Positions 61,401 to 64,000 of a stretch of 64,000 bases of DNA are shown here, piece by piece. The DNA is from Macrostomum lignano (Eukaryota). The notes under the pieces were generated by a model, which was given only the letters and a program-made list of their open reading frames with translations, did not search any database and was not told where the DNA came from. The position numbers were made by a program, and so were the translations under genes. Positions within the stretch are counted from its first letter, which is position 1. The number at the start of each line of letters is the position of its first letter. The stretch covers positions 22,763-86,762 of the forward strand of contig NIVC01001936.1 in assembly GCA_002269645.1 (NCBI GenBank), written 5' to 3'.

Positions 61401-63811
61401 CTCTCTTAACTGGGACTCTCTGACACTCTCTCTTAACTGGGACTCTCTGACACTCTCTCTTAACTGGGACTCTCTGACACTCTCTCTTAACTGGGACTCT
61501 CTGACACTCTCTCTTAACTGGGACTCTCTGACACACTCTCTTAACTGGGACTCTCTGACACTCTCTCTTAACTGGGACTCTCTGACACTCTCTCTTAACT
61601 GGGACTCTCTGACACTCTCTCTTAACTGGGACTCTCTGACACTCTCTCTTAACTGGGACTCTCTGACACTCTCTCTTAACTGGGACTCTCTGACACTCTC
61701 TCTTAACTGGGACTCTCTGACACTCTCTCTTAACTGGGACTCTCTGACACTCTCTCTTAACTGGGACTCTCTGACACTCTCTCTTAACTGGGACTCTCTG
61801 ACACTCTCTCTTAACTGGGACTCTCTGACACTCTCTCTTAACTGGGACTCTCTGACACTCTCTCTTAACTGGGACTCTCTGACACTCTCTCTTAACTGGG
61901 ACTCTCTGACACTCTCTCTTAACTGGACTCTCTGACACTCTCTCTTAACTGGGACTCTCTGACACTCTCTCTTAACTGGGACTCTCTGACACTCTCTCTT
62001 AACTGGGACTCTCTGACACTCTCTCTTAACTGGGACTCTCTGACACTCTCTCTTAACTGGGACTCTCTGACACTCTCTCTTAACTGGGACTCTCTGACAC
62101 TCTCTCTTAACTGGGACTCTCTGACACTCTCTCTTAACTGGGACTCTCTGACACTCTCTCTTAACTGGGACTCTCTGACACTCTCTCTTAACTGGGACTC
62201 TCTGACACTCTCTCTTAACTGGGACTCTCTGACACTCTCTCTTAACTGGGACTCTCTGACACTCTCTCTTAACTGGGACTCTCTGCCACTGTCTCCAACT
62301 TGGGACCATCTGACACTGTCTCCAACTTGGGACCATCTGACACTTCTACGACTTGGGACCATCTGACACTTTCTACAACTTGGGACCATCTGACACTGTC
62401 TCCAACTTGGGACCATCTGACACTGTCTCCAACTTGGGACCATCTGACACTGTCTCCAACTTGGGACCATCTGACACTGTCTCCAACTTGGGACCATCTG
62501 ACACTGTCTCCAACTTGGGACCATCTGATACTGTCTCCAACTTGGGACCATCTGACACTGTCTCCAACTTGGGACCATCTGACACTGTCTCCAACTTGGA
62601 CCATCTGACACTGTCTCCAATCTGGGACTCTCTGACACTGTCTCCAGCTTGGGACCATCTAACAGAGGGTCTACACCTGAAACTGCTCAAACTGGGTTCA
62701 TCTTACATTGTTACTATTCCAGGGAAAACTTAGGAAACAATACAAAACGTGTCAAGCAAACAACACACGACAGGAGCAAAAGTGACAACTGGCAGGTGTA
62801 AAATTTTGGTAATTGGCACTTTAGAAAAGAAGCCGACTGCGTGAGACCTCTCGTACAAAGCAAACATGTGTAGTGTACTCCGAAACAGACACGACATGAA
62901 ATCTACGAGCACTTTGTAGACACGTCTTAGCTGTCTCTGCACGTGACACAGAGAGGCTGAACTACAGCTACAGAGTACTTGGGAAGTCTCTGGATCCGTC
63001 TCGCAAGCTATAAAAACCTCGTGTACCTCGAAGCTTCGCCTGCTTCGTCAACAATCTTGGCGAAGGTGTTGTCACTGCTGAAGACGTCGGATTGGCCGCC
63101 TCCGAGTGACCGCCGCTGCACCGCAGCTGCTCGCTGGCGAGGCGCCAGCGATTGTCAAGGACCGATCGAACCGGCCTGATTCGGACGATGGTTTCGTATT
63201 TCAATAAAAATAAGATATTCGTGAGAGGGTTCTGGGCAGTCTGGCAAAACGTCTTTGGCGACATCGTCCCTTGCCTCATCCGCTGACTCCTGAGCACATG
63301 CTCGTACAAGCGCGCCAATACTGTACGCAGGCACGCCCACACACACGCTCACACAGGGTGTACATGTCAGAGTGACAAGCAAGTCTTAAATGACACGTAG
63401 CTTTAAATGAGAGTGACTTTCGCTCAAAACGACACAAAATGACTCTTTGGCCAGCTATACTTGTAAAGTTGATGCGCAAAAGACGATCCAATCATGCACT
63501 AACCGTGCAGCGAGAGCTTCAACTCTGGCGGATATTCGTCCGGCACAGTCAGCATGTTGGAGCTCTGACGTTGAACTCGCTGTCGTTGCTGTTGCTGTTG
63601 TGGCTGATGCTGCGGCGACTGTTGCTGAGGAGGCACTGCTGCAGAATCAAACGCTTCATCAGTGCTCACAGATTTCAGTCGAAAAGTGTTCAACATGGCC
63701 TTTCTTCGAGCCCAATTCTGCTGCTGCTGCTGATGGTGATGATGGTGATGGTGTTGGCCAGCGCGGGGACTGGAGGGCAGGCTGGACACCCAGGAGTCAT
63801 CGCCGAGGTCC
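55492..63811 (-). CDS. STAC: STAC-like (SH3 and cysteine-rich domain) adaptor, 3' part with tandem SH3. Exons 63504-63811, 61044-61211, 59612-59947, 57581-57769, 57375-57502, 55936-56018, 55492-55849; possible extra exon near 63026-63176; 5' end outside the window
   Basis: Spliced SH3-1 FVVLYDFRARHRDEMDLRAGFKLSCIDMTDQDWWHGKCMGRIGLFPSSYVQRI is followed by GEGDAIWRV...FYRGQILV...GFVPVR...ECPIQALERL*, the C-terminal tandem SH3 layout of STAC proteins. Junction phases 1-1-1-1-0-2 are consistent. The C1 domain is not in the window. Confidence 0.8.
56129..56627. mobile_element. Mutator-like MITE inserted in a 10-bp minisatellite
   Basis: Termini GGGAGTACGACGTTTGCTTGC / GGGTCTATGAAATTTGCTTGC (reverse complement), with repeated TTTGCTTGCCGAA in inverted orientation; GCGGAGAAG on both flanks (9-bp TSD-like). 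Confidence 0.65.
56628..57170. repeat. 10-bp minisatellite (AGCGGAGA(A/G)G), same family as 47575-48772 in opposite orientation
   Basis: A few more units lie at 56080-56128, on the other side of the MITE. Confidence 0.95.
57825..59560. repeat. 34-bp minisatellite (GTGAGTCAAGCTTCTCTGACCCATCTCTACCAAA)
   Basis: About 50 units in a STAC-like intron. Confidence 0.97.
60378..60891. mobile_element. MITE family A, copy 2
   Basis: Same internal sequence and TIRs as 31889-32335; TIR extends to CACAGATA / TATCTGTG. Confidence 0.75.
61308..62660. repeat. 27-bp minisatellite in two related variants (CTCTCTCTTAACTGGGACTCTCTGACA then CTGTCTCCAACTTGGGACCATCTGACA)
   Basis: Switch point near 62285. Confidence 0.97.
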
Positions 63812-64000
63812 CTGCAATGAATGGAATGCGAGGAGGAGGGCTTTTGTCAGATACAAAGAAGTTTCGTTGATTTAAACAAGTCGGGTTGATTGCGCTACGC
63901 GAGATTGTAATTAATAAACGCATTGCAATTGATGAAGTTCATACAGTATGATAAAATAAATGAATTTTGCTGCATCAAATTTAACTAAAAATTAAGGTAA

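Noticed and set aside
61279-62733. VPVKRECQR / WDHLTLSPT and related ORFs
   Set aside because: Translations of the 27-bp intronic satellite.
62968-63342. Exact frame of a possible STAC-like exon near 63.0-63.2 kb, and the AGGTACAC match between 63020s and 61260s
   Set aside because: All three frames are partly plausible and the neighbouring exons join without it; the 8-nt match is too short to support an introner or duplication claim.

Overview
Eukaryotic (metazoan) genomic DNA with GC-rich, polyQ-rich exons, AT-rich spacers and introns packed with tandem repeats. This pattern suggests a free-living flatworm such as Macrostomum lignano, which is inferred, not shown. Seven protein-coding genes were reconstructed by hand from splice signals and recalled family motifs: TTC30/IFT70 (-, first two exons), RPAP3 (+, 3 exons, single TPR domain), TMEM41B (+, intronless CDS), TNFAIP8/TIPE (+), an unrecognised 436-aa gene built by tandem exon duplication (+, 21498-24059), ARHGEF17-like RhoGEF (-, about 16 exons, with a 1-nt frameshift and a GC-AG intron) and a STAC-like tandem-SH3 gene (-, 5' end outside the window). 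Mobile DNA: an intact Ty3/gypsy (Mag-like) LTR retrotransposon with identical 204-bp LTRs and a GTATC target-site duplication inside an ARHGEF17 intron, a tRNA-headed CORE-type SINE (2 copies) and several MITEs. About 30 minisatellite/microsatellite arrays account for most of the long repetitive ORFs in the supplied track, and those ORFs are not treated as genes. No rRNA, CRISPR or prokaryotic features were found. The best novelty candidates are the orphan EWxVY-repeat gene, the CORE-type SINE, the intact retroelement plus frameshift in ARHGEF17, and the placement of a different tandem array in almost every long intron and just after almost every stop codon.
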